Shown: positions 8,797 through 17,053, counted from the stretch's first letter. The stretch: DNA of 17,159 bases from a bacterium (GCA_031441465.1 JANOEP010000023.1:1-17159); one strand, 5' to 3'. Program-made: numbers and translations. The notes: generated by a model not told the origin, from the letters alone.

Positions 8797-8840
8797 CACG
8801 TCTCGCCCCCGCCCTGATCCCGCGACGGCCGACGCGCGCC

Positions 8841-9356
8841 CTATTCTTCCATGATGTCGAAGGCGATCAGCACCCCGGTCTTGTCTTCCTTGCCGTGCAT
8901 GAACTGCACCGCCACGTTGCCCTTCTGGGCGCTGAGCATGCCGCCCTGCGGGCCCATCGACGCCAGCTGCGATTCGAAGCCGGCGGCCTTCAGCTGTGCC
9001 AGGTACTTGTCCGAGGCGTCGTCCGGCACGTCCTTGAACCAGATGTTGAACTTATGCATCCCGCCCTCGGTGCCGCTGGTCACGCGCTCGATCTTGCCGT
9101 GGTCGAAGCGGGGCACGTCGTCGAACATGTCCGACGGCCACTCCGAGGTCGAGACCATCTTGACCTCGCCGGTCTCCGTCTTGATCGTGATGTCGTCGCC
9201 CTGCATGTCCACGTCGGCCTTCTGGCCGGTCGCCTTCTCGAGCATCTCCTCGGTCATCCGCTCGGCCAGCTTCTCGTCCGCCTGCTTCTTGCCGCAGCCG
9301 GCGAAGGCCGCGATCGCCACGACGAGCGCCAGACAGATCAGGATCCTCGGTAGCAT
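8841..9356 (-). CDS. Hypothetical lipoprotein (171 aa)
   Basis: SD GGGAGG upstream of ATG 9356. Signal peptide MLPRILICLALVVAIAAFAG followed by a lipobox Cys (FAGC-GKK). GC3-biased codons. Confidence 0.8.
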   Translation of the reverse strand: MLPRILICLALVVAIAAFAGCGKKQADEKLAERMTEEMLEKATGQKADVDMQGDDITIKTETGEVKMVSTSEWPSDMFDDVPRFDHGKIERVTSGTEGGMHKFNIWFKDVPDDASDKYLAQLKAAGFESQLASMGPQGGMLSAQKGNVAVQFMHGKEDKTGVLIAFDIMEE

Positions 9357-9406
9357 GAGCCATCCCTCCCGTGGTGCCGGAAATGCATGGGGAACGTGAT
9401 CGGGGA

Positions 9407-9436
9407 ATTCTAGGCGGATCGCCGCGGCGACCGCAA
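9407..9436 (-). promoter_or_regulatory. Possible sigma70 promoter for the 8841-9356 lipoprotein
   Basis: Minus strand TTGCGG (9436-9431), 18 nt, TAGAAT (9412-9407) in the intergenic gap. Confidence 0.4.
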
Positions 9437-9456
9437 GCGATAACGACACGGCGGTC

Positions 9457-9900
9457 TCACTTGACGAGCAGCATGTCCAGCCTCGCGGCCTCCGGCACGT
9501 CGTCGTCGTCGAAGTCGAACTCGACCGCGGCGCCGCGCAGCGACAGCACGCCGTTGTTCAGGGCGACGTCGAACTCCCACGAGAACGGCATCCCCTGCGG
9601 CGTCAGGCTCATCAGGTCCCGGCTCAGCTCCCAGTACCCGTACGTGGTCACCGACAGCACCCCGGGGGGCGAGACCACCAGTTCGAAGTCCCCGTCCTGC
9701 TGGAACTCCAGGGTCGCCGTCCCGCCGTAGGCCACGACGTCCATCGTCGTTCCCGGCGGCACGCTCGCGTACTGGTACTGGGTGGCCGTCCACCGGCCGA
9801 CGAGGTCCTCGGCCGGCGGCGCCGTGGGTTCGTCCCCGCCGCAGCCGACGACCCCCGACAACAGGATGAACGCCGCCTTCCGGCACCATGCTCGCATCAC
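9457..9900 (-). CDS. Lipoprotein with lipocalin-like beta-barrel domain
   Basis: SD AAGGAGG before GTG/ATG (9900/9897). Lipobox VVGC-GGD, lipocalin-like LVGRW motif, LEFQQDGDF and GYWEL strands. Confidence 0.72.
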   Translation of the reverse strand: MMRAWCRKAAFILLSGVVGCGGDEPTAPPAEDLVGRWTATQYQYASVPPGTTMDVVAYGGTATLEFQQDGDFELVVSPPGVLSVTTYGYWELSRDLMSLTPQGMPFSWEFDVALNNGVLSLRGAAVEFDFDDDDVPEAARLDMLLVK

Positions 9901-10039
9901 GCCCCTCCTTTTCCAGCCCCACCGGGCGTTACTCTAGCACGAACCCCGCCCCCGGGAGCGCCGGCAAGCTATCTCGTTGCCATACTGCCGATTCCATGAG
10001 AACCCCCAGCCGCGCAGGCCGGAATTCTGATCCCGCACG

Positions 10040-10069
10040 TTGCCACCGCGCCGAGTTGGGGGTTATGAT
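10040..10069 (+). promoter_or_regulatory. Possible sigma70 promoter for the coiled-coil protein gene
   Basis: TTGCCA (10040-10045), 18 nt, TATGAT (10064-10069), ending about 70 nt upstream of ATG 10137. Confidence 0.45.
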
Positions 10070-10136
10070 GCACGGGCAAGCCGGCGTGCCCGTGATCCCC
10101 CGCCGACGCCGGAAGTTCTTCCAAGGAGATGAAAAT

Positions 10137-11030
10137 ATGCGTAAGCCCGCGATGGTGCTGCTGATCGTCCTCGTCGTGGCCCTGCTGGCCGCGTCCGTCG
10201 TCCTGTACCAGAAGCTCCAGACGAGCCAGGGCGATTACGCCACGCTGCAGGCCGACGAGCAGGCGACGACCGAGCGCTACGAGGCGGCCATCGACGAGAT
10301 CGCCGGCATCCAGGAGAGCCTCGAGGCCATCGACATCGGCGACCAGGGCACGCAGGCCCTGGCCACCCAGCTCGAGGCGGAGCAGAGCCTTTCCAAGGAC
10401 CGTGGCGAAGAGGCCCGGCAGCGCATCGCCCGCATCAAGGAGAGCATCGCCCGCGCCAACGACCGCATCCGCGAGCTGGACCAGCAGCTCAAGGAGAGCG
10501 GCGTCAAGGCGGCCGGCCTCGAGAAGCTGATCCGCGGCCTGCGCCAGACCGTGGCCGAGAAGGAAGCCGTGATCGTGACGCTGACCGCCCGGGTGGACGA
10601 GCTGCAGACCCAAGTGACGGGCCTGACCGCCGAGGTCCAGGCCGGCCAGCAGACGATCCAGACGCAGACCGAAACCATCCAGTCCCAGACTGCGGCAATC
10701 GAGACTTCCCGCGTACGGCTCAGCACGATCTACTACGTGGTCGGCACCAAGAAGGAGCTGCAGGCGGCCGACCTGATCGAGTCCAAGGGCGGCGTCCTGG
10801 GCCTCGGCAAGACCGTCAAGCCGACCGGCCGCCTCGACGGGGCCGTCTTCACCGCCCTGGACACCGACCGCGAGACCGTCATCCTGATCCCGTCGACCAA
10901 GGCGAAGATCATCAGCCCCCAGCCCGTCGCGAGCTACGAACTGCTGCTCGTGGGCGAGCAGCTGGAGCTGCGCATCCTCGACACGCACGCGTTCCGCACC
11001 GTCAAGCACGTCATCATCATGACGGAGTAG
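10137..11030 (+). CDS. Membrane-anchored coiled-coil protein with C-terminal globular domain (resembles Bacteroides Cbp1-family proteins)
   Basis: SD AAGGAG then ATG 10137 (MRKPAMVLLIVLVVALLAASVVLY). About 170 aa of heptad coiled coil follow, then YYVVGTKKEL...KGGVLGLGK...KIISPQPVASYEL...LRILD. The Cbp1 resemblance is from memory of the family and unverified. Confidence 0.75.
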   Translation: MRKPAMVLLIVLVVALLAASVVLYQKLQTSQGDYATLQADEQATTERYEAAIDEIAGIQESLEAIDIGDQGTQALATQLEAEQSLSKDRGEEARQRIARIKESIARANDRIRELDQQLKESGVKAAGLEKLIRGLRQTVAEKEAVIVTLTARVDELQTQVTGLTAEVQAGQQTIQTQTETIQSQTAAIETSRVRLSTIYYVVGTKKELQAADLIESKGGVLGLGKTVKPTGRLDGAVFTALDTDRETVILIPSTKAKIISPQPVASYELLLVGEQLELRILDTHAFRTVKHVIIMTE

Positions 11031-11051
11031 GCGGCGCCGGACGACGAACCG

Positions 11052-11083
11052 CAGCCCCCGGTCCTCATCTGGACTGGGGGCTG
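11052..11083. terminator. Hairpin between convergent genes, possible bidirectional terminator
   Basis: CAGCCCCCGGTCC-tcatct-GGACTGGGGGCTG forms a 13-bp stem (one G.U). The loop holds the stop codon of the glycosyltransferase. The U-tract is weak (TCCCTTT). Confidence 0.5.
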
Positions 11084-12804
11084 TCCCTTTCGGGGAGCAG
11101 GGCGCCGGCGTCGGCGCGGTCCCGCCAGGTGCGTTCCAGCTCGCCGATCTTCGCGGCCGTCAGCGGCGGCGTGCGTTCCCGCACGAACCAGACCTTCCCG
11201 TCGTAGAGCAGGTTGGGCAGGTAGCTGTCGAGGTAGCCGGCCGGGGGGCGGCGGCTGTGGGCCATCATGTCGATGCCCGCGGGCATCGGCGTGCGCGCGA
11301 TCACGTAGTCGTTCAGACCCAGCACGTCGATGATGTTCACGTGCGGCATCGTCCACGAGGGCACCCCGACGCACGGCAGCCCGATCGTCGCGTAGCGCGA
11401 CGTCCCCAGGGACATCCCCACCTGACGCGTGGGGTAGTAACCCAGCTGGGTCTTCCAGAAGATCTTGTGCTCCTGGTGGCGCATGCCGACGTGGTGGGGG
11501 ATGAGCCAGGCCTGGGCGCGGTCGAACGCCGACGCGTACCAGCGCACCGGGGCGGGCCAGCTCGGAGCCACCGGCATGCGCAGCACGTGGGTCTGCGCGC
11601 GGGTCTGCAGGTCCTTCGTCAGCGCCCAGTGAGTCCACGGCAGGGGCAGCGAGAGCAGCAGGACCGCGCCCGCGAGGACGAGCGTCAGCCTCGGGCCGCG
11701 ATCCAGGCGGATCAGGGACCACGCCACCGCCAGGAAGATCAGCGGCAGCAGGTGCGAGTAGACCCTGAATTCGAAGTGGTCGCCGCCGACGACGAAGGTG
11801 TAGTAGGCGAAGTGCAGCAGCAGGGCCAGCACGCCCGCGCACTGCGGTGCGCGCGCCGCGAAGCCGGCCCGGTCCGCGGGCAGCGCCTGTCGCCACCCGC
11901 CGCCGCGCAGCCCGCCGACGATCGCCCAGCCCACGACGGCCGCCGCGGCCCACAGGGCGTATTCCAGCGTGAAGCTCCACAGGTAGCGCACGCCGGCCTG
12001 CGGCCAGGCGCCCGCCACCTTCGCGTAGTAGGTGTTCGGCAGCCACGCGCCGTAGAAGGCGAGGCGCCAGGCCTCGTGCGCGACGACGACGGCCAGCGGC
12101 GAGAGGCCCGCGATCAGGAGCCGGCGCGCGCGCCGGCGGTCGGGCGCGCCGAAGGCGACCACCACCACGGCGGCCGCGGTCAGGGCGCAGTAGAGCAGCC
12201 CGTCGGGCCGGGCCAACGCCAGCGCGGCCGCGGCGCCGCCGGCCAGCGCCAGCCGGCGCGCCGTGGCGGGGGCGAACAGCATCGCCGACGCCCACAGCAG
12301 CACCAGGAAGTTGAACATCGCCGTTTCCAGCCCCGAGCTGCTCCAGGCCAGGAAGGTGCGGTTCAGCAGCAGGAAGGCGAACATCAGGGCCAGCAGCGCC
12401 GCCCGCCGGGGGCGGAGCCGGTCGCTCCATTCCAGGCGCAGCAGCATCCACCCCGACAGCGTGAGGGTCCCGCACGCGAACAGCAGCGAGATCCAGTTGG
12501 CGCTGTCGGGCGGTTCGACGCCGGTGACCCGCCACACCCCGTCCAGCAGGACCGTCCACAGGAAGCTGGTGTAGCCCTCGACCGGCAGGAACGGTGGCGC
12601 ATTCCAGACGTAGCCGTGCCCGAGGTGGGCGTTGCTGATGTAGCGGAAAGCGATGAAGGCGTCGTCAGTCAGGAACCAGAAGAGGCGCCACCCGCCGAAC
12701 AGGGCCAAGCAACCGACCGCCGAGGCGATGGTCAGCAACCGACGCTCGCCGGAGAACCCGGCCGACGGCTTGACATGCGAGCGGGAATTCTGATCGCGGC
12801 GCAT
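11065..12804 (-). CDS. GT-C superfamily polytopic membrane glycosyltransferase (AftB arabinofuranosyltransferase-like)
   Basis: N-terminal DDAFIAFRY...GYVWN...VEGYTSFLW motif after TM1. Also SSGLET, ARPDG, FYGAWLPNTYYAK, GGDHFEFR and C-terminal IIDVLGLND. Many TM segments, SD GGAGGAGG. Confidence 0.82.
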   Translation of the reverse strand: MRRDQNSRSHVKPSAGFSGERRLLTIASAVGCLALFGGWRLFWFLTDDAFIAFRYISNAHLGHGYVWNAPPFLPVEGYTSFLWTVLLDGVWRVTGVEPPDSANWISLLFACGTLTLSGWMLLRLEWSDRLRPRRAALLALMFAFLLLNRTFLAWSSSGLETAMFNFLVLLWASAMLFAPATARRLALAGGAAAALALARPDGLLYCALTAAAVVVVAFGAPDRRRARRLLIAGLSPLAVVVAHEAWRLAFYGAWLPNTYYAKVAGAWPQAGVRYLWSFTLEYALWAAAAVVGWAIVGGLRGGGWRQALPADRAGFAARAPQCAGVLALLLHFAYYTFVVGGDHFEFRVYSHLLPLIFLAVAWSLIRLDRGPRLTLVLAGAVLLLSLPLPWTHWALTKDLQTRAQTHVLRMPVAPSWPAPVRWYASAFDRAQAWLIPHHVGMRHQEHKIFWKTQLGYYPTRQVGMSLGTSRYATIGLPCVGVPSWTMPHVNIIDVLGLNDYVIARTPMPAGIDMMAHSRRPPAGYLDSYLPNLLYDGKVWFVRERTPPLTAAKIGELERTWRDRADAGALLPERDSPQSR

Positions 12805-12831
12805 CGGCCCCTCCTCCTGACGCTGTCAGGG

Positions 12832-12860
12832 AATCTACCACGTAACGGATTATACGTCAA
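12832..12860 (-). promoter_or_regulatory. sigma70 promoter for the glycosyltransferase gene
   Basis: Minus strand TTGACG (12860-12855), 17 nt, TAGATT (12837-12832), with an extended -10 TG. Confidence 0.65.
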
Positions 12861-12914
12861 CAAGATGGAAGTTCCGTCCTGGTGACGGCCCCTCCGGCGC
12901 CACACCGCCGACGA

Positions 12915-13005
12915 ATCTAACCATGATATCCAAATATTAAGCCGAAATTAAACATAACACTTGACAAAATGGCGCAATCAAGATAAATACGAGTATATTC
13001 TTGGT
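12915..13005 (+). promoter_or_regulatory. AT-rich promoter region upstream of the structured element and Fic gene
   Basis: Very AT-rich tract with a perfect TTGACA (12961-12966) preceded by an UP-element-like A/T run. The -10 at 17 nt is only TAAATA; TATATT lies at 12994-12999. Imperfect inverted repeat CAAGATAAATAC...GTATATTCTTG (12979-13003). Confidence 0.5.
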
Positions 13006-13011
13006 TGTCCC

Positions 13012-13225
13012 TTCGGTATGCTGACCCCAGCTCGAAGGTGGCCAACACGACGCAAGAGTCCTCACCCCGATTCGGGGGGCGCCTGCTAGGCCTCCCCGCC
13101 ACGGATGGCGGGGAAGCCTGGAAGTCGAGCGAGCCGGCCACAGGATGTGGCCGACGAGCATTCCCCCGGATCGGGGTGAGGACTCCTGCGTGGTGTCGGC
13201 CGACCTCTTCGGCCAGCATCCCGAA
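13012..13225 (+). ncRNA. Candidate structured non-coding RNA or 5' leader: long rod with two apical GGA-loop hairpins
   Basis: 13040-13078 pairs ungapped with 13163-13201 (35 Watson-Crick, 1 G.U, 3 mismatches of 39). 13012-13023 pairs with 13214-13225 (11/12). Apical hairpins are CCCCGCC-ACGGAT-GGCGGGG (13094-13113) and CGGCCAC-AGGAT-GTGGCCG (13135-13153). The inverted repeat is certain; RNA status and strand are inferred. Confidence 0.55.
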
Positions 13226-13249
13226 AGCGCATTCCGAGGAGGCACTGCC

Positions 13250-14308
13250 ATGGAGGGTGGGTACGCCGAGGTCATCACGGCCGGCATGCTGCGCGCCGTC
13301 GGGACTGTTGACGAGTTCAAGGGCCGCTGGTCGCGGCCGGGGATCCTGCCGCCGGAACGGCTGGCCGCCCTGAAGCGCATCGCCACGATCGAGTCGGTCG
13401 GCTCTTCGATCCGGATCGACGGCGCGGCCATGGACGACCGCGGCGTCGAACGCCTGCTCTTCGGCCCGCAGGCCCGCGCCTTCGCGTCGCGGGACGAGCA
13501 GGAAGCGGCCGGCTACGCCGACGCCCTCGAAATGGTCACCACCTCCTGGCCCGACATCGGCCTGACGGAGCACCACGCGCGCCTGCTGCACGGGTTCCTG
13601 CTGCGCCACGCCGAGCGGGACGCCCGCCATCGCGGCCGGCTCCGCAGCCAGCCCCTGCCCCAGGACGTGTTCCTCGAGCCCGCTCCCGAGAGCGTCGCCG
13701 CCTCGCCGGCCGACGCCGCCCCCGATCCGTCGCGACGTCTCGCCGCGCTGCTCGCCGACGCGGCGGCGGACCTCGACGGCGACCGCGTCCACCCACTGCT
13801 GGCCATCGCCGCGGTCACGGGCGGGATCCTCGCGATCCAGCCCTTCCAGGACGGGAACGGCCGGCTGTCGCGCCTCTTCGCGACCCTGCTGCTGCTCAAG
13901 CACGGCTACGCGTACGCGACCTGCTGCGCGCTCGATCGCGTCTTCGAGGACGAGCGCGCCGCCTACGAGCTGGCCGCGCGCCGTCTGCGCGAGGTCGGCG
14001 CAGCGCCGGCCGGGGCGGCGCTCGATGCCTGGACCGCCTTCTTCCTGGATTGCTTGGCCCGTCAGGTGGCGACCCTCGCGGAGCGGATCGACCAAGAGTT
14101 GCGGATGGCGCCCCTGCCGCCGCTGTCCGAGACGATCTTCGCCGCAGTCCGGGCGCACGGCCGGGTCACGGTCCGGGCGGCGACTGCCCTGACGGGCGCG
14201 AACCGCAACACCGTCAAGGCCCACCTGCAACGTCTGGTCGCCGAGGGCCGACTCGCACGCCGGGGGCAGCGCAAGGGGAGTTGGTACGAGTTGCCGGGCG
14301 GCGACTAG
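13250..14308 (+). CDS. Fic-family protein with C-terminal winged HTH and degenerate active site (H to Q)
   Basis: SD GAGGAGG then ATG 13250 (352 aa). IDEFKGxW-like VDEFKGRW, ATIESVGSSIRIDG, SRDEQEAAGY, HPLLAIA, Fic motif QPFQDGNGRLSR, and C-terminal wHTH TGANRNTVKAHLQRLVAEGRL...GSWY. Confidence 0.88.
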   Translation: MEGGYAEVITAGMLRAVGTVDEFKGRWSRPGILPPERLAALKRIATIESVGSSIRIDGAAMDDRGVERLLFGPQARAFASRDEQEAAGYADALEMVTTSWPDIGLTEHHARLLHGFLLRHAERDARHRGRLRSQPLPQDVFLEPAPESVAASPADAAPDPSRRLAALLADAAADLDGDRVHPLLAIAAVTGGILAIQPFQDGNGRLSRLFATLLLLKHGYAYATCCALDRVFEDERAAYELAARRLREVGAAPAGAALDAWTAFFLDCLARQVATLAERIDQELRMAPLPPLSETIFAAVRAHGRVTVRAATALTGANRNTVKAHLQRLVAEGRLARRGQRKGSWYELPGGD

Positions 14309-14392
14309 AACGATCGCCCAACGGTTGTGCTATCATGCGCGAGGATGCTCCCGATCGAACGGGAGTGAACCAGCAACCCGGAGATGTGGACG

Positions 14393-15877
14393 ATGAAGAG
14401 AGTGATCCCGGCCGCGATCGCGGCGGTGTTGGTCCTGCTGTCGGCCCTCGGGGCCCTGGCCGCCGCGGCGACCGCCCCGGTCTTCGCCGACCGCTTCCTC
14501 GACGAGACGCTGCGCATCGACTACTTCCACACCGGGGCCGCGGGGGAGGAAATCGTCGCGCTGGACCGCGTCCACCGCCAGGGGATTTGGGCGGGCAACC
14601 TCGTGCACCTGGTCGACTGTCTGGACCTGGGGCGCTACCTGGCGATCGCGACGGACGTCGCCACCGGCGAGGTGATCTTCTCGCGGGGCTTCGACTCCTA
14701 CTTCGGAGAGTGGGCGACCACCGGGCCGGCCGCCGCGGGCGTGCGCCGCACCTACCACGAGTCGGTGCTGATGCCGCTGCCCAGGGCGCCGATTTGCTTC
14801 TCGCTGGAGGCGCGGCGCGCCGACGGCACCATGGCGGAGATCTTCACGACGCAGATCGATCCCGAAGACGTCGAGGTCCGGCGCGACCCGATGCCCGCGG
14901 ACGCGATCGTCGTCGAGGCGGTCTTCGTCGGCGATCCGCACGCTTGCCTGGACATCGCCATCCTCGGCGAGGGCTACACGGCGACCGAGGCCGGCAAGTT
15001 CGACGCCGACGTGCGGCGCTTCGCGTGCATCCTGCTGGGTCAGGAACCGTTCCGCTCCCTGGCCAGCCGGATCAACGTGCGCGGCGTGTTGCGGCCCTCA
15101 CAGCAGAGCGGCTGCGACGAGCCCGAACGCGGCGTCCACCGCAACACCGCCCTGGGCTGCACCTTCAACTCGCTGGGCTCGGAGCGCTACCTGCTGACCG
15201 AGGACAACCGCGCGCTGCGCGAGGCGGCCGCCTGCGTCCCCTACGACGTGGTGTCGATCATGGTCAACCACGAGCGCTACGGCGGGGGCGGCATCTACAA
15301 CCTGTTCAACACCTTCACCAGCGACAACCAGTGGAGCCCCTACGTCTTCGTGCACGAGTTCGGCCACGGCTTCGCCGGCCTCGCGGACGAGTACTACTCC
15401 TCCAGCACCGCCTACAACGACTTCTACCCGCGCGGCGTCGAGCCCCGCGAGCGCAACATCACCGCCCTGCTCGCGCCGGGCGGCCTGAAGTGGGGCGCCC
15501 TCGCGACCCCGGGAGCCGTGCCCTCCGTCTGGCCCAAGGCCGAGCACGACGCCGCCGACGCCGTCTACCAGAAGCGCCGCGGCGAGATCACCGACCGCAT
15601 CGCCGCGCTGATGCGCGGTGGTGCACCTCCGACCGAGGTGGACGCAGCCGTGGCCGAGGGGGAGGAGCTGTCGCTCTCGCATCAGCAGGAACTCGACGTC
15701 TGGTTCGCGAAGACGGGGCTGGGCGGAGTCGTTGGGGCCTTCGAAGGCGCTGGCTACTGCAGCGAGGGCATGTACCGCGCGCAGCTCGACTGCATCATGT
15801 TCACCAAGGGGCTCAAGTCGTTCTGCGCCGCGTGCGCGCGGGGGATCCGGGAGGTGGCGGTCACATATACTGAATAA
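14393..15877 (+). CDS. Secreted M64-family (IgA peptidase-like) zinc metallopeptidase
   Basis: Signal peptide MKRVIPAAIAAVLVLLSALGALA. Motifs TLRIDYFHTG, DIAILGEGYT, YGGGGIYN, zinc motif HEFGHGFAGLADEY and GAFEGAGY...DCIMF...FCAAC. GGAG lies 9 nt upstream of ATG 14393 (alternative ATG 14384). Extended -10 TGcTATCAT at 14328-14336. Confidence 0.9.
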   Translation: MKRVIPAAIAAVLVLLSALGALAAAATAPVFADRFLDETLRIDYFHTGAAGEEIVALDRVHRQGIWAGNLVHLVDCLDLGRYLAIATDVATGEVIFSRGFDSYFGEWATTGPAAAGVRRTYHESVLMPLPRAPICFSLEARRADGTMAEIFTTQIDPEDVEVRRDPMPADAIVVEAVFVGDPHACLDIAILGEGYTATEAGKFDADVRRFACILLGQEPFRSLASRINVRGVLRPSQQSGCDEPERGVHRNTALGCTFNSLGSERYLLTEDNRALREAAACVPYDVVSIMVNHERYGGGGIYNLFNTFTSDNQWSPYVFVHEFGHGFAGLADEYYSSSTAYNDFYPRGVEPRERNITALLAPGGLKWGALATPGAVPSVWPKAEHDAADAVYQKRRGEITDRIAALMRGGAPPTEVDAAVAEGEELSLSHQQELDVWFAKTGLGGVVGAFEGAGYCSEGMYRAQLDCIMFTKGLKSFCAACARGIREVAVTYTE

Positions 15878-15913
15878 GGCGGTCGTGCGCCGCGATATAT
15901 CGAAGGAGATGCC

Positions 15914-17053
15914 ATGCCATATTTTCGCAGGGCTATCGTTTCGTGGTCGTTGGTTGTGATCCTGCCGGTGCTCGCGTTCGGCGGGCCCTGTCCCGTGGTG
16001 TCTCTGTCATACTGCACCTATTTGGGCGGTTCGGGATACGAACAGGGTAATTGTATCGCAGTGGATCGGACGGCGCATAGGTTCATCGTGGCGGGGAAGA
16101 CAGCGTCCGAGGATTTTCCGGCGACTCCCGACGCGTTCGACGAGGATTACAACTCGCCGCCCTACGCCCCCGATGCCTACGTGTCGTCATTCGACGTCGA
16201 TGATCGCTCGCTGATCTGCTCCACGTATTTCGGAGGGAGCGGCGGCGAGGACGTCAAGGCTCTGGCGCTGGACTCCGCAGGAAACGTTTTCATCGCCGGC
16301 CAGTCGGACTCGATCGACCTTCCCATCACGACCGGCGCCTCCGATCGCCCGCTCGGGGGATATTTCTTCGGGTATGTTGTATCGCTGACCAGAGATTTCG
16401 ATGCTGTCAGGTGGAGCACCTATGCGGGTAGCGATGCATGTGCATTGCTGTACGATCCGGAGGGCTACGTCTACGTCGGCAGCCACGTGAGCCAGATGTC
16501 CGGCTCGTGCGACTTCGCCCACGCGCCGGGGACTTCCGCCGTGATCTTCAAGCTGGACGCCGACGACGGTTCGTTGGTCTGGTGCGGATCGGTGGGGGAT
16601 GGATTCATCACGTCGTTGCAGCTTGCCGGCGACGGCAGCCTGATCGTCGCGGGAACCACCCAGGGCACGATTGCACTGAGCGAGGACGCTTACGACACGA
16701 CGCGGGACGGGCTGTCCGATCTGTTCATCATCAAATTGGACAAGGAACGTGGTGCGCTCGAGTGGGGCACGTACCTGGGCGGCAGCGATCTTGACATCGG
16801 CATCGACATCGCTGTGGGGCGCGCGGGGCAGGTGCTGTTCGCGGCCGGCACGGAATCGGAGGATTTCCCCCTGTCCCAGGCTGGATGGGGCACGCAATAC
16901 CGAGGCGGTTCCGACGTCGTCATCGGTGCGATCAGCGGCGACGGCGTCTCCCTGCTGTGGTCGCGGGATATCGGCGGCACCGGATTCGACGGCGCCGAAA
17001 TATACTACGACAAGCCGAACCTAGTGTCCTGTCCCGGCAATAGCTATACATAA
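15914..17053 (+). pseudogene. Secreted SBBP-repeat beta-propeller protein, interrupted by IS630 at about 17023
   Basis: SD AAGGAG and a signal peptide. Repeats include TYLGGSGYE, STYFGGSGGED..LALDSAGNVFIAG, GTYLGGSDLD and T.S.DFP. The final codons (VSCPGNSYT*) lie in IS sequence after CTAG 17021-17024. Confidence 0.75.

Noticed and set aside
9888..10136. Upstream extension of the coiled-coil ORF to 9888 (likewise the 8841 ORF to 9449)
   Set aside because: The extensions cross intergenic promoter regions. The downstream ATGs have SD sequences followed directly by signal or anchor peptides.
9404..12795. GGAATTCT(GATC) recurring at about 9404, 10021 and 12784
   Set aside because: Short matches in inconsistent contexts (a -10 element, an intergenic gap, inside a CDS). 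Compatible with chance.
10934..12885. 541-aa and 542-aa ORFs overlapping the glycosyltransferase
   Set aside because: Frame-shifted and antisense shadows of the GT-C gene with no recognisable features.
13012..13225. Identification of the rod as 6S RNA, SRP RNA, retron ncRNA or CRISPR array
   Set aside because: No large central bubble (6S), no SRP helix-8 CAGG...GGAA...AGCAG motif, no reverse transcriptase in the window, and only one inverted pair with no direct repeat-spacer array.
13145..13249. N-terminal extension of the Fic ORF given in the ORF track
   Set aside because: It runs through the right arm of the inverted repeat. ATG 13250 has a strong SD and fits the expected family length.
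12915..14380. Integron attC-like RYYYAAC motifs (ATCTAAC at 12915, GCCCAAC at 14316)
   Set aside because: No matching GTTRRRY core at a suitable distance and no integrase. Gene orientations are mixed.
6250..15920. ATGCCATGCCAT shared between 6250-6261 (minus) and 15909-15920 (plus)
   Set aside because: A single low-complexity 12-mer in inverted orientation, with no sign that it bounds an element.
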